A stretch of DNA of 63,788 bases, counting the filler, from Peribolospora baueri (Eukaryota): assembly GCA_029717555.1 (NCBI GenBank). It is 5 parts of 5 records of this genome, joined end to end, with 100 filler letters (N's around TTAATTAATTAA, not from the genome) between each part and the next. Parts side by side here need not be neighbours in the genome. Positions count along the whole stretch, not along the records: positions 1 to 14,852 come from JAMDHS010000165.1; 4 more parts are not named here. One strand, written 5' to 3'. This document shows, piece after piece, positions 1 through 14,000 of this stretch (position 1 is the first letter of the stretch; every line of letters begins with the position of its first letter). The translations under genes were made by a program, and so were the position numbers. The notes under the pieces are model-generated. The model saw only the letters and a list, made by a program, of their open reading frames with translations, was not told the DNA's origin and did not search any database.

Positions 1-3000
1 AGCGCTTTCGCCTCCTCCTCCTCCTCCTTGTACTCCCTCTCCAACTCGGCCTTCTCCTTATCTGCGCCCGACGCCGGCACATCTCCCAACTCCCCCTTCG
101 CTTCTCCTTCCTCCGCAGCGACCACGTCGTCCAAGGACGCACGCGCGGATCGAGCGGCCGGCACGGCGGGCGTGTTGGGCGCCGAAGAGCCGGATTGGCG
201 GACGTTACGGATGAGCGAGTAAGAGCGGATGAAGAGGGAGACCTGGATGGGATGGGGGAAGAGCGGACAGGTGGACAAGGAGGAAATAGCAAATGCGATG
301 AGCGCTCGTGACTTCGGCTGACCGGCCGCTGAATGGAAGGCACGGAGAGGTATGGAAGGAGTCGCACGATCAAACCGACGGCGGTGACAGGAGCCATGAC
401 GACCCAGATCATCCTAATGCTCTCCGCGTACGCGTGGATGACCTGCACGCGTACGGACTCGGGTTGGATCTGCGAGGGACAAAATGAGATGAAGTAGGTA
501 GGGTAGGGTAGGGGAAGGTAGGTAGGTAGGGCCATGACCGATCATGAGCGGGCCGAGGTTGAAACGAGGAATCAATTTGAAACGAAGCGATGGGCAAAAA
601 CAGTAGTAAAAAAACCGGATCTACTCACGTTCACAAGGCCTCTCAAGTCCTGGCTCTCCCCCTTGCCCGATGCGCCGAGCGAGTATCCGACGATCTGGCT
701 GACGCGCCTGCGCACCTCCGAGTCGAAGATGGCGCCGCCGATCGAGATACCCATCGTGCCGCCCAGGGAGCGAACGAGGGTGTAGGCGGCAGTGCTGGTA
801 GCCATGTCACGCATCGGCATCGCGGCCTGGAGGGCTAGCAGCGGCGGTTCGAAGAGGCACTGCGGCGGTGAAGGGGAGGGTGTAAGTTCCGAGGCGAGAA
901 GATGGGGACGGGACAAGGCAAGACAGGAAGAAGACTCACGCCGACACCGAAGGCGGCGATGGCCAGGAAGCCTTCCTGCTTTCCTAGGTTGCTTTTATCG
1001 TCCAATGTGGCCATGACGGAGTATCCGATGGTCATCACGGTGAAGCCGACGAGGATGGTGGGCCTGTACTTCTTCGTCTTCGTCACAATCTGTCCGGAGA
1101 TCATGGCGAGAACGGAAGAGCCGACGGAGAAGGGGAACATCTGGACGCCGGACATGAGGGCGCTCCTGCCGTATAGGCCTTGGAAGAAGATTGGTATGTA
1201 GTCTGTGTGGTTGGAAGAAGGGACGGGGCGGGGTACGAGGAACGGGCATGAACCACATGAATCGGCTAAGGACGGCCAGGTCTCCGTCCATACCCGGCGT
1301 GTCCGTGCTCTCCTCGCGATCCACTCACAAGTGCCAGCGAAGAAAGCGAGAGCGTGGCAGAGAGCGGAGACGAGCACGGCGACGGTGGTCCTGTTCTTGA
1401 AAAGGCGAGGAGGGAGGATAGGGTTACGCTTGGTGTAGCTCTCCCAGATCCCGGCGGCAATGAAGGTGCAGCCGCCGACGGTGACGAGTGAGATGGTCTG
1501 AGCGTCGGACCCTGGGGGACGGGTTGGGGGAAGAGGCAAAAAGGGGGTAGGGGTAGTCAGAAGATCGCGCCCGATGCGGACACATCGAAGGCCAACTCGA
1601 ACACGCACAAGTGACGCTCTCAGCATGCGAGAAGCCGACGAGGAGCAGAACGACGGCTGCAATGATGAGAAAGAGGCCGAAAAAGTCGAAGCGCCCGATG
1701 TAGTAGCGGATGGGCTTGCGCTCGATAGGGTTAAGGTGGAGGAAGAAGAAGAGGCACAAAAAGGCGGCGCCTCCCGTGGGGAGGTTGACGAAGAAGCTGA
1801 GATGACAGGGGAGGACGAGGACAAAGGACGGAGATGAGCTTTCCGTCATACACACGAACCGGTGACCTGTGTGCAGTCGATCACATACCACCATCGCCAG
1901 GTGACGTGCTGAGAAAGGGAGGAAGAGACGAGTTAGCCTCCAAGCCAGCAGGCGCGTCGCGCCAGGACGCTTCCCATTCGCTCGCGATGGCGGGAAGATT
2001 CACGTCGGTGAAGACGCCTCCCAGCAAAGGTCCGAGCACGCTCGAGATGCCCCACGTGGCACCTAGGAGGCCGACGTACTGACGCGGCAGAACGGAGAAG
2101 GCAGGAGTGGAAAATTGGAAAATGAGAAGGTGAGGAGAACTGGGTGGGAGTTTGGACTGAGAGAATGCGAAAACTTACCTTCCCGCGATCTTCCAGGGAC
2201 ACTATGTCCGAGATAGTGATCTGCGCAAAGGAGAGGAAGACGAAGGTGAGCGATGAAAAATCGACACCTGTGTCTCGTGAGCAGAGCGAGGGTCGACGTT
2301 GGGACCGGGCGAGATGACGGACCTGGATCATGCTGATGATGCCACCTCCACCAACGCCCTGTACGCCTCTACAGATGATGAGCCAGGTCATGTTCTGAGC
2401 AGCGCCGCACATGGCCGAGCCGAAGAGGAAGATGACAATGGCGGCGAACAGGCATGGCTTGCGGCCGATGATATCGGAGACGGTGCCATAGAGGGGAATG
2501 AGAGAAGTGGAACAAAGAAGGTAGGCCGAGCCGACCCAGGAGTAGCCCGAAGCGCCATTGAACTCGCCCACGATGGTGGGGAGTGCCGTCGAACTGTCTC
2601 ATGGCGAGAGGGTAGGGGAAGAAGGGCGACATTGGTGTGTCATTCCCATCAGCGACCCTTACAGTGTCTTTTCGTAGCCTTCCGTTGCCCCTGGTCCCAT
2701 TGCGGCGGACACTGACACGATCGTCTGATCCAAAGCGGCCAGCTGATGGGACGGGCATGAAAATATGGAGACGACGGGAGGGTGAGGGCTGGGCGGAGGA
2801 AGGAAAAGAGACGAAGGAAGCCGTACCGGCAAGCCTGAGGCGGGCGGAGGACGGAAGCGGAGAAGAAGCTCACGAAAACGGTCAGCATGAGGCTGGGAAA
2901 GACGATCCACATGTTGTTCTCCGGCAGGACATGCTCGTCCTCTTGGAGCCAGGCTCCCCTTTTACCCTTCTTGCCACGCTTGGAAGGGTCGGCAGGCGCC

Positions 3001-3221
3001 TCGGACGCCTCAGGAGCCCTGCTTGGGGGCATGTGCGCAGCAGGGGGAACAGGAATAGCGGTGTCTGCGGTGGGAGTATCTCGGGTGCCCGCCAGAGAGG
3101 AGGGGGTGGTGGTGGAGGGGCATTTCTCGTCGACCTCTTGCTCAGGGCGTGCGAGGGCGCGCGAGGGTACCGAATCTGGAGGCGACTGGAGGGCGGAGGC
3201 CGCGTCGGACATGGCTGTCAC
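1..3221 (-). CDS. MFS drug:H+ antiporter (DHA2/EmrB-QacA type, ~14 TMS), multi-exon, 3' end runs off window
   Basis: Spliced pieces give [104 protein letters not shown]. The last exon (243->1) is still open at the window edge. Confidence 0.92.
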
Positions 3222-4332
3222 CGGCGAGGTGTGTGGAGGGGATGGAGGAGGAGGAGGAAGAGGAAGAGGGGAGGGGTTAAAAGCATGAGCCTTAGATGAG
3301 CAACGAATGTCTGCCGAATTTTATGTGCCTTGCTGCGTTGCTTTTCTCCGCATTCGGATTAGCCGACGCCATCTTATCCGCCTCGGCTGGCCCTGGCCAG
3401 CCCCCCCGCACATCTCTGCCCGCATCGCCGTTACGTCCGGAGCCCAGCCGTCCATCGCCGCCTATGCCCGCATTCTTCTCGCCTCGCCCCCGCCCATCGC
3501 CGCCTGCGACCGTCGGGCTCCGGCCGGCGCTGCACGAGCCCACCACGGCGGCCGCCTCGATCGCGGACAAGTAGGAAGAAGAAAAGTAGGACACAACGAA
3601 GGAAGGATGGCCGGCAAGGCAAAAGCACGGTGATCACCGCACCTTTCCATCTCCCTCGCTCGTCCTTTTCTACAGCGTGCGGTGCGGGGAGAGGGGGAGA
3701 CACACACACACACACAGACGGTCGGACGGACAGGCAGAGGCGGGCAGAACGACACCGACGAGGCCGACCGAGCTGAGCGAGCTGACTCTCTTGCCCTTCC
3801 TCCGTCTCCCCGACTCAACACAATTCTGGTCAAGCTCGTTTCGGCAGCCCGGACGGGCTTCTTTTACACTCGCTCGCGACCCCGAACCGCACCCAAGCTG
3901 TCTCTCATGAAGTACGATAGGTTGCCGCTGAGGTTCACCCTGGGTTTGCCCATCTTGCACGAATTTTGCGCGCAGTCGAGTCGGAACGATGGGAGGTCTG
4001 AAGAGAATCGACGCGGAAAGACAAAACCATTGTGAAAGTACATACACAACGTCGTCGTCGTCGACGGTCGGCACGACGGTTGGCTACGGCCAAGCATCTT
4101 TCCGGGTGAAGGAAGGCTGGGCTTGTTGATGATCGAGGGCTCGAGAAGCGGATAGTATCTGTCATTGAGCGCAGGGCACCCTCGGTGTTGGTGAGGAGCG
4201 GTGCGGCGTGGGCCATCTTGAAAAGCGGCGCATTGGCGATTCAGTCAGTTGGGAGATGGGTGCATCGGTGCAGCACATTGTCATAGACCATGTCGGTCAT
4301 CTATCTGCCATTGCTGTCGAGAGGGAGCTAGG

Positions 4333-4366
<34 letters not shown>

Positions 4367-4788
4367 ACGGGTAGCCATGTTCAGTGTGCGCCGGAGCACG
4401 GTCAAGCCGAGGTGCGACAGACGCTTCATGTCGAGCTGTTCGAAAGGGGGGAGGGGAGGGCGGGAAGGGGTAGACCACCCCCTTGATAACCCGGGCACGT
4501 CGTTCGGACGATTCGCCAAGGTTAGTTATCGAACACGGTCAGCTGGAATGGGGAACGACGGTGGAGTGGAGCAGTCGGCCGGTCGTTGGGACGTCCATGG
4601 CTTCAGAGCGAGGCGTTGAGACGTTCGCGCATGACGGGGCAGACGAAAGGAGGCAGGAAGGGTCACTGGTCACTGGATACGAATGAGCAATGGGTAGGAG
4701 AGAAGCAACGCTTCTTCCGACGTCGAGGCCCGTCCAAGTCCAACCGTTGGGACGGAAGGGGGAACGGACGTTGATAATAGCGATGACA

Positions 4789-5445
4789 TCACAAATACAG
4801 CGGCGCCCCGGCCTCGCCTTGCTCCCATTCCGACCTCATCCCGCCCGAAGCGGAAGCGCGGTCAGGCCCTCGACCCGGCGTGGCCCCGCCGTATCCTCCT
4901 TGCGCGAGGACGGCGGGTTGGGCGTGGGCGTCTTCCAGCACCTCGAGTCGAACAAGGTGCACGCCGGGGATCATGACCATGCCCACCGGGCGTTCCGTCA
5001 CGGTGGGCACGGTGGGCGATAGGACGGGGTCGTTGGAGCGAACGTCGACGGCGCTTCGCAGGTCCGGAACCGTCGATCTGGAGCCCGGGACGCTGGTGAT
5101 CGCCATTGACGACGAAGAGGACGACGAAGAGGACGAGGTAGGAGAAGGCATAACCCTCCTCTCGACGGCGGCATTGAGGATGACATTCTTGTCGCCATCG
5201 ACGCAGAGGAAGGTGCCGTCAAAGGAGCGGCCGTCGGAGACGTGAGCGCGCACGGGCCTCTGGAGCACGCGAGCGCGGAGCTCCAAGACCGCCGACGCCG
5301 TCCTCCCGTCCTCCGCCTCCTTCCTCTCGTTCCCTTCCGCCGCGGCGGATCCGGATCCGGGCTCCCACCTTTGCCCTTGTTGCTGCGATTGCGGCTGTTG
5401 TTGGGCGATGAGAACGCCATTGGACGAAGCAAGAGGGGTGGTCAT
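4789..5445 (-). CDS. LSM-domain protein, probably NatC auxiliary subunit (Mak31/Naa38/LSMD1-like)
   Basis: Sm1 motif LQRPVRAHVSDGRSFDGTFLCVDGDKNVILNAAVE and Sm2 motif RPVGMVMIPGVHLVRLEV, separated by a Ser-rich insert. First ATG at 5445, intronless. Confidence 0.75.
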   Translation of the reverse strand: MTTPLASSNGVLIAQQQPQSQQQGQRWEPGSGSAAAEGNERKEAEDGRTASAVLELRARVLQRPVRAHVSDGRSFDGTFLCVDGDKNVILNAAVERRVMPSPTSSSSSSSSSSMAITSVPGSRSTVPDLRSAVDVRSNDPVLSPTVPTVTERPVGMVMIPGVHLVRLEVLEDAHAQPAVLAQGGYGGATPGRGPDRASASGGMRSEWEQGEAGAPLYL

Positions 5446-5987
5446 GATGGAGAAGAACGCCGAAAAAGAAATGGTTCGCCGAAGGCAGCAAGGGGGACCG
5501 GCTGCCGAAGGCGGGTATATCGGATCGACATACGCGTCGGACAAACGGGCGGATGACTCGAGTCAACTTACGGCGTACGGATAAACGGAGAGAAGGAGAG
5601 AAGGAGAGAAGGATCGGGCGCGGACAGCCAGCGTGTCCGGTCGTATCGACTTACTCGGTTGGGTGGAGCGAAGCGGCGACGGGATGCAAGGAGTCGTCCT
5701 AGTTGGTTCGAGTCGGCGTCGTCCCGTCGAGCCCTTTCGGCTGCTCCCGTGATCCTTACGATCGATCGGGCGAATCACGGCGACGGCGACTGCGACTGCC
5801 TTCCTTGCCTAGTCTTGCCTTGGCTTCCTTGCCTCGCCTCACTCGCCTCGCTTCGCCTTGGTTTGCCTTGGCTTGCCGTTGCCCTTTGCCTCGCCCAGCG
5901 GACCGCAGCTACTTAGTTGCGTGCAAGCAGAATCCTAGGAATCCTACCGGAGGCAAACGGCGAGCGCGCGGTGCAGCAGGATGGAAG

Positions 5988-6021
5988 TGGATGGATGGAT
6001 GGATGGATGGATGGATGGATG
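5988..6021. repeat. (GGAT)n microsatellite
   Basis: Directly visible tandem GGAT run. Confidence 0.9.
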
Positions 6022-8820
6022 GACGTGGATGTGTGGGCACGAAGACGATGGATGCGCCTGCCCGAATGCGGAGCTCGCGTTCCTAATGACGTCCTGCGGA
6101 GCGCGCCTCGGTCCGTATGTGCCTAACGGAACGTCAGTGGCCGTTAAGCCGTTAGCGATAAGCTGCACGCGCCGCGCCCGATGTCGGTCGTCTCAGTGTC
6201 TTCTTCCACCGCCCTACGGCCAGCTAGCAAGGCGCGGTGCGGAAGAGTGGAAAGGAAGCAAGGCGGCGAGAGGAATAGGCCAAGTCCGAGACGCGGGCCA
6301 AGCTGGACGATGCATGGCTGGTACTTAACTTACCGCAAAACCAAAAGGGCACCGCTTCTCATTAACCATTCACTATACTCACGTAAGTACAATTGCGGCA
6401 AGAGGGCAACCACGGCCCGGAGACCGCGTTTCCGTTTCTGGCTCGGTTCCGGGGCCAAGGCAGTGGTTGCCGAGCTCGGGCTGCGCAGTGGTCGTACCTG
6501 CGTCGGACGCCGCACGGAGGGAGGGGTGGAACCTTGCAGCCGCTCTCCAACGCAGGATTGGAGGAAGGGACGGGTAAATGGAGGAAGGGACAGACAGAGA
6601 GACAGACAGAGCGAGGTAGGGAGGGAAGGAAGGAAGGAAGGCAGAAAGGAGGGAAGGAAAGAAAGACGGAAAGAAGGAAGAAAGGAGGAAAGGGAGGGAG
6701 GAGAGAGGGAGGGACGCGAATGCGAAATGGGAAAAGGCAGCAAGAGTAGTTTTTCGCCACAGTTTAAAAAAAGGTGGGGCTATTGTTGACCGGTGGTGCG
6801 CGCGGATGTACCCGGTTGTCCCCACGAGCTTGGCCCCCCGGGCTCACCAGTGCTTTGGGAGGCTTCGATTGTGTACACTATGCGGGCGAATACAAATACA
6901 TATGGCTTTCGACCCACGTCACCACCGCCAGAAGGGGAGTGCGACGACCGTTGGCCATGCGGAAACCTGCATCTCCAGCTGAACGACCGATCCACGTACG
7001 ACCCGTTTGTTTTATCGGCGACATCTTTCACTCGAGAAGCGCAGGGTGGGGTTTTGCGCGTGGGAGCGGAAGGTGAGAGTGAAACGAGTTGATGTCTGCT
7101 GCTGGTGCTGCTGTTGCGTGGAAACGGAGGTGGATCTCAGGGAGGACCGACCGGGCCGGGGCGGTGGCGTGCGCGTTGTTTCCCCCAATCCCCGTGCCAT
7201 TTCATTTCGTTTCATTTCGTACAAAGTGGAGGGAGGGGCGGGCAGCGAAATGAAATGAAAAGAAATGAAATTTCGGGCGATGATGAAGGGAAAAAAAAAA
7301 AAAAAAAAGGATCCTAGGTTGGCCTGCGCGCGTGGACCGTGGACCGGTCGGTGGAGTCTCCACAAGAGGTGACACTAAAACGGAGGTTGCCGAGCGCATG
7401 CGTATGCGTCGGTAAACCAGACACCGTTCTTGTCTTCCAGCGTGAGGATCCGCTGCGGCCCGTTTTGATTCCGAGCTTGCAGCCTGCATCGCATCCGACG
7501 TAGATTGGGCCGTCCCACCGAAACGTCACGTTCTGATGGTCACTCGTCTGTCTGCAGGCTCCTCGGCGGACCCGAGGTGCTCGTCCGAGAACGAGCATAA
7601 TGGGGCCAGCGCGCTCACGTACGTACGTATGCACCTCGCGGCGGCCTCGGCGCGCTACCTGGATATCTCTGCCTCCAGCGTGACTTGGTCCTTCCTGACG
7701 TTTTCATAACTTGGTTAAGCGCTCGCCACGCGCAACATTCCCCACAAGTTCGGGTGCCGTCTGAGATCAATTCATTCATGTAAGTAATGTATGCGCTGGC
7801 GGGTGGCAGGGACAATCAGCTGGTGTGTGCCACTGGGCTGCGGTAGGGCTCGGGCGACGGAGCGGAGACGGCGGGAGAGCAAGCCGGGCTCAAGGCGCGC
7901 GTCGACGAACGCATCGCTGGCGTGTCTCGTCCTGCCTGCCTGGTTTGACGACGTAGGACGTCTCGTCTCGAATGAACGACACGACAGGAAGGAGAAAGGC
8001 GGCGACCAATGAGAGAGGATGGAACAATGATACAATACGATTTGCGCGAGCCGACGAGCGCATAAGTGAGACATTCCTGGACCGCGCGTCTCACCTTTTG
8101 ACACCGGACCGACAGCCGGACGCAATCGCCATTCTTTCCTCTCTCTCTTTTTTTGGCCGTGTGACGTTTTTGAAGAATGATTCAATCTGCGCGGTGCCGG
8201 AGAACGCAAATGACCACCTACCTACCTACCTGCCCGCCCGCCCGCCTGCCACCTCATTCACACGCACGCACGCACACGCACGCACGCTCGGTCGCTCGCT
8301 CTCCATTCCAATCGCACGGGCTGAACGCTCGACTTCGACTTATGAGCGTCGCGTGGGAAACGAGCCGAAGGAAGAGAGCGTCGCGTGCATATGGTGAGCA
8401 GGAACTGTAATATGTAATCATTGACAGGAAACGCCGTGCTGCTGCGCCTCTCCCACGCCGCACGCGGGTGAAGCTGTCGGTCGGGTGAGCCTTGGTGCGC
8501 ATGTGGGACCGGGGGACGGTGGGTGGAGTGGAGTTGGGCGGGAGCGGTGGGACGAACGCAACCTGCGCAACTACGCTAGATAGGCCCTTGTCGCTAGCCG
8601 TTTTAGTTCCCTCGCTCGCTTTTCGCCGTCCGGACGATATGGGTATGCGATCTGTGATAGGTTAGGGTGACCGACAACTGCCGCCGCCAAGGTAAGCAAG
8701 TATTGTGTGCACCTGCGTGTGTGTGTGCCTCGAACCGAACGAACCGAACCGAGCGAGATGAGGGCTGAGGCTGAGCAAATACAAATCGAAATTGGCGCGG
8801 GCGTGGAGGGGAGACCTCTC

Positions 8821-8850
8821 ACGCACGCACGCACGCACGCACGCACGCAC
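8821..8850. repeat. (ACGC)n microsatellite
   Basis: Directly visible tandem run. Confidence 0.9.
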
Positions 8851-11090
8851 TTGCGCTTGGCTTCTTACTTCCTTTCGCTCGCTTACCTACGTCCCGTCAC
8901 TTCGCCCGATTCGTCCAGTCCTTGTTTGCATCCACCCGTCCGTCTGTCTGTCCGCCCCGCCCGTCCGTCCGACCGTCGGGCCGTTCGATCGACGACGGCT
9001 CGAGCATGCGGCCGCTACCGCCATCGGACGGTGTGGGTAGTCTAGTCTGGACGAGCGTCGGCTGGCGTGTCCGCGTGCAAGGGAACCGGCGACTCGGTTT
9101 CGTCTTCCCTTCCCATCCCATCCCTTGTCTTGTCTTGTCATCGTGGGGCCGTCAGTGCAACACAGAAGAACACAGACCGCTGGCTGCAAATCCTCCCTGA
9201 CTAGCCTCGCGCCCGGCGGAAGCTCGCTCGCAAAAAATCGGGCCACGCACGGGACCTGCGCGTGAATTGCCTTGCCTGTGCGACGACGCATCTACTTACG
9301 ATGCACGCGTTCTTCTTTTCTTTCTTTCTTTCCTTCGTTCGTCCTCTGGTGGTGGTGGTAGTGGTGGTGCTTGCTACCCTGCACCTCCTGCGTCTGTCTG
9401 TGCGCCAGCGCTCCCTCCTCGTCCCCGGCCGTGGTGGTCGTGACGTCTGTTCCTCCCTCGCTCGTCTGAGATGCTATCTGTCTGTCTGTCTGCCTGCCTC
9501 CCTGCCTGCCTTGCTTGCCCTGCCTTGTTTTGAGCGCTGCCGCCCGCCGCTTGTGCTGCCGCTTGTGCCGCTGGCTGGCATGGCCGTCAGTCTCTGTGTC
9601 TCTGTCTCTGGCCGACCGACACCAACGCAACATCTGCCGGCCTTCTCCAACCGCTCGCTCGCTCGCGGCTCCGCACTCCTTCCTCTGATCCCTCCGTTCG
9701 TTCTCCCAGCCCGCCCATTGCCCATCGCCCATCGCCCACCTCCTTCCTCTTCCGTCCCCGCCCCGGTCGGCTCGCTTGCGTCCTCGCCAGGCTGGCTGGC
9801 TGGCTCGCTGGTAGTCAAGTCAGTTGTTGTCTGTGTCTGTCTCTCTCTGTAGCCGTCTCAGTACTGTCAGTCAATACTGGTGACATCGCCATTAGGGTCA
9901 CTCTCACGATCCATCTCCGTCATTCCATTCCTTCTTCCTTCTTCCCGTCCTTCTTTCTTCATTTTCCGTCCCCGTCCTCTCCTCCTCTCCCTCGTCCCGC
10001 CATGCTCCTCCTCCCTCTCCTCTCGCATCCGCCGACGCCCATCATCCGTCCGGCCTCCTGCCTTTGACACGACACTCGTGGGTGTATTATTACGTCTGCT
10101 GGCCGCCCATCGGGCTCCCCCTTCATCTATCTCCATCTCCTCCCTCTCCCGCTTCTTTCTTTATTTCTTTGTTCCCCGTCGACCCCAGCCCATCTTCATC
10201 CATCTTCCATTTTGTCCACCACCACCACTCCGTCCTTCATTCCATCCCGTTCATTCTCCAGCCTACCTATCCCCTCCTCTTCTTCCTCCCTTCGCCGCCA
10301 CCGCCGCCACCCCACCCATCCCCTCCCTCCCTCCCTTCGCCTTCACCACTCGGACATGACATGACAGCCGCCTGCGTTTCGCCCGCCCACGTGTGAACAC
10401 TTCCCGCTGCTTCTAGCTATTCCTCGCCGTCGCCGTCGCCGTCGCCCGTCCTTAGTTAGCCAACCCAAACCGGACCAGATCGACCGCCTTCCTGCCACCC
10501 GCCCGTCCATCCGTCCTCTGTCGCCTTCCGCCTCTGCCTCCGTCGACTCTTCGCTTGTCCTTTCCATCATCGCCGGCGTCTTGTGACTTCTTCCTCCTTC
10601 CTATATCCCTCCGCCCATCCCCGTCTCCGCCGCTTATCCATCGTCGCGTCCGCCTGCTCCATTCGCACCACCACCTCCTCCTCCTCGTCTTCGTCTCGTA
10701 TCACAATTCCCCTCCTCCCCCCTCCTCGCCCCCATTTTATTTATTTATTCATTTATCCTTCTCATGGCCCCTTCCTTCCTTCTCTCTCCCCCGCCCTTCC
10801 TGCCAATCACCCACCCCTTCCCTTGTCGTGCCTGACCGAGGGACCGCCGCCTTCCTCTTTCCTCTCTCTCCCACTTCCCGACGCCGACGACCGGCCCGAC
10901 CAGACGACGATCATCGATCCCTCTATTTCTTCCCTCCTTCCTCATCCTCCTCCCTTCCCTCGCCTCTTCCTCCGCCTGTCCTCCCTCGTTCCCACGCCGA
11001 CGATCTCTTCGTTGCGCCTTCCACCGCCGCTTCCATCGCCCTCCGCCTCCGCCGCCGCCTCCGCCACCTCCATCCCTCTTCGCGGCCAGT

Positions 11091-14000
11091 ATGAGCATCG
11101 AAGTCCTCGCGTCCAACGATCTTCCCCCTCGCCCCAGACCTTCTAAATCCAAACGTCCCTTTCCCTCAGACTACGCCGTCTACTCCTCCTCCCCCCTCTC
11201 CCGCGACCCCGTTCCCTCCTTACCCCACGACTCCGACGATCATCCACGCTTCAATCAGCACACCTCCGAGCCCGGCCACCCTCCTCCATTACACCGCGAA
11301 CTTCACGCCCCTCGATCGCCCACATCGCCTCGGGTGAAACGGCAGCGCTCCGACGTCACCCTGCCTTCTCTCCCCCCGCCTTCGACCTCCCCTTACCTTC
11401 CCTCCTCCGCCTCGAGTTCGGGACCCAGGATGACTTGGCAGGGACAGGACGAGAGGCCGCATGGCGGATCCGGTCATCCACATCCGGGGCGTTACGACCT
11501 AGCAGAGCCGTCGGTGCCCAGCGTTCGAGAAGCCGGCGACGCCTACCTGCCCCTCCCTCGACTTCCTCCGCACCCCCGTTCTCCCGGCCCCCCGTACGTG
11601 CATGGATACGACGCCGAGCCCCAAAGACCGGCCATGATGAACCGACACGAATGGATGGCCGGCGGCGGCGGCGGCGGCCCGCCGCCCCCACCTTCTTGGT
11701 CGTCAGCAGTGCCCGGAGCAGAAGGAGGAGCGCACGTTTACGCCTCCAGCGAAGCCGGTCCTTCCAACTGGCAGACCAGCAGCTCTCCTCCTCCTCCTTC
11801 TCCTGGCCCCGGTGGCGCCGGTCAACCCCAGAAGAAGAAGAGGACGAGGCAGCTGATGACGCCCACCCAGAGTCGTGTTCTTCACGATTTGCTAGCCCAG
11901 GTGTGTCTACGTGTTCCTTGATTTTGTTCGATACGGTCTGAAGGATTTCCAACGGGGGGCGGGGGCGCCAGGGGTGCACCTTTGGCAACTCATCTGATTT
12001 CATTTTGATCGGTCCCCGTCTTATTCGATGCGGTGATCGCGTCGACCGCGCTGCAGACCAAGTTCCCTTCCACGGCGGTGCGAGAACAAGTGGCGAAGGA
12101 GTTGGGACTCTCGCCGCGAAAGGTCCAAGTGTTCTTCCAAAATAAGGTGAGTGCGCGCTCACTCTTGCCAACGTTTCTTTTCACACCACGGTTAGATGAC
12201 GTTTCCCTATCCCTTTTACCGCCTCGCCCACCGCAGCGCCAGAAGGCCCGAAAGAAAGCGCTCCTCGAGCAGCAGGCGGCTATGAGTGCCACTCAAGGCC
12301 GCCATCCTTTCGCTCAAGGAGCTTTCACCTTCTCAACCAGCCCGCCCGCCCCTGCCCTCCCTCCGCAACGGCCTCCGCCGGGGGCCAATCCGACCGGCGA
12401 AGCTCGGCCCCCAAATTGGAGCTCTCCAGCGTATCCGGCACCGCCGCACATTCCTTCCGAACACCATCGTCGACCTCTTCCTCCCTCGGACAGTCCGAGT
12501 ATCGGGTCATCGAGCGCGGACGAGAAGGACGCCCCTCCGCCGTTCTACCCCGGACGTCCCCCCCCTCCGCCCGTCGCACGACCTCCATCGATAGCTTACG
12601 ATGTCGTCCCTTACGACGTCCCAGGCGGTCCGCGTCAGGAGCCGCCGCCGCACGCCCCGCACTTATCTGCCTCCGACCCCTCTGCGCATCGCGTAATGCC
12701 CGGCCCTGTTCCGCTTCCTCGGCCAGCAGAATCTCGACAAGCTCGATCTCCTGCCAGTTCCGGACGAGCCCCTCCGGCTCCGCTCGTCATTCCCCCCGTG
12801 TCGTCCACGATCTCCGTCCCGAGGCTGCCGTCCCCGCTCTCCGCCTCCTCCAGTCCGTCCATCGAAGCCGCTATCCAAGGTCAGCAGCCTCTTCGCCAGG
12901 CACGCTCCGCGCACTTCCACCCCTATCCCCCGCCTCTCTCGCGCAAGTCGTCGCTGAACCAAAGCGGAGGACCGCTTCCGAGTCCAAGCGAGATCGCCTT
13001 TACCCCTACCCCCACCGCCGGCGCCTTCCCGCCTCCGAGCGTGCTTAACGCGGGCCCGCGCACCCGCAGCTCGAGCACCGCGAGCAACTTTAGCACGCTG
13101 AGCAGCACGTACGCAGGCAGCGCCGGTAGCAGCGTCCGGGCCTTGCGAGGCGTCGGTAGCTCGGGCTCCATCTCCTCCACCTCCGTCCTCACTCCACGCT
13201 CGAGCATGGAGTCCAGCCTCGCGTACGCTGGCCGTCCCAGGGCCGACACTCTGGGTGACGCCGACGCGGACGAGGGCGCCGCTCCTCCTTTCATTCACCT
13301 TCCCCCGCTCGAGGGTCTCTCCAGGCGTGCGAGAGGCTACAGCGACGTGGGCGGTGGTGACCCGTTTGGTAGCGTCAAGGGCCTCGGCCTGTCTTTCGGA
13401 CGAGGCGCCGAGAGGCCCAGAAGCGGCAGCGGCAGCGGCTCGGGCAGCTCGGCCAGCCGTCTCGGTCTTGACCATCGACTCTCTCTCAACAGGCCCAGCC
13501 TGCCCAGTATCCGCTCGCTCACGATCGACGAAGGCGACTCCAGCCCAGAGTCACAGTCGGGCGAGCTCGGCGCCGGCGCCGGCGCCGGGGCGTCGGCCAC
13601 CGCCTCTGTCGCTCTCCCTCCCGTTTCCGCCCTCCAAGCGCCGCTCGAGCGATCGGCGGAGAGAAGTGTGCGGGGATCGCGACCGACGCCAAGACGGTAC
13701 ACTTTCGGATCGCCTGAACCGCCCGAAACTGGCTTCTCCCTCCCTCCGCTCCAGACGAGCCGAAGCCGAGTGCCTCCTCCGCCTCTGCCTCCGCCTCGCT
13801 ACCCTGGCTCGCCCACTCGCGCGCCTTCGATGCCGGCGTTGGCGAGTCGTCTGGACGACGACGACGGGCCTGGGCCAGCTCGCTCTGCTGCCTCACAGCA
13901 GCGTGCCGTGTCCGTCGAAGAGCTTCAACGAGGAGCGCGTTCTACTCCTCCCACCGTCGTCTCGCCGCCTTCGCGCCGCACTGACGGAGAGGACGGGAGG

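Noticed and set aside
3292..4700. Short ORFs and a ~33-nt poly-A between the MFS and LSM genes (small gene or retroposed tail)
   Set aside because: No coherent splice model, recognisable domain or TSD
6181..11146. Numerous 100-200 aa ORFs in the large intergenic region
   Set aside because: Low-complexity translations of microsatellite and pyrimidine-rich DNA
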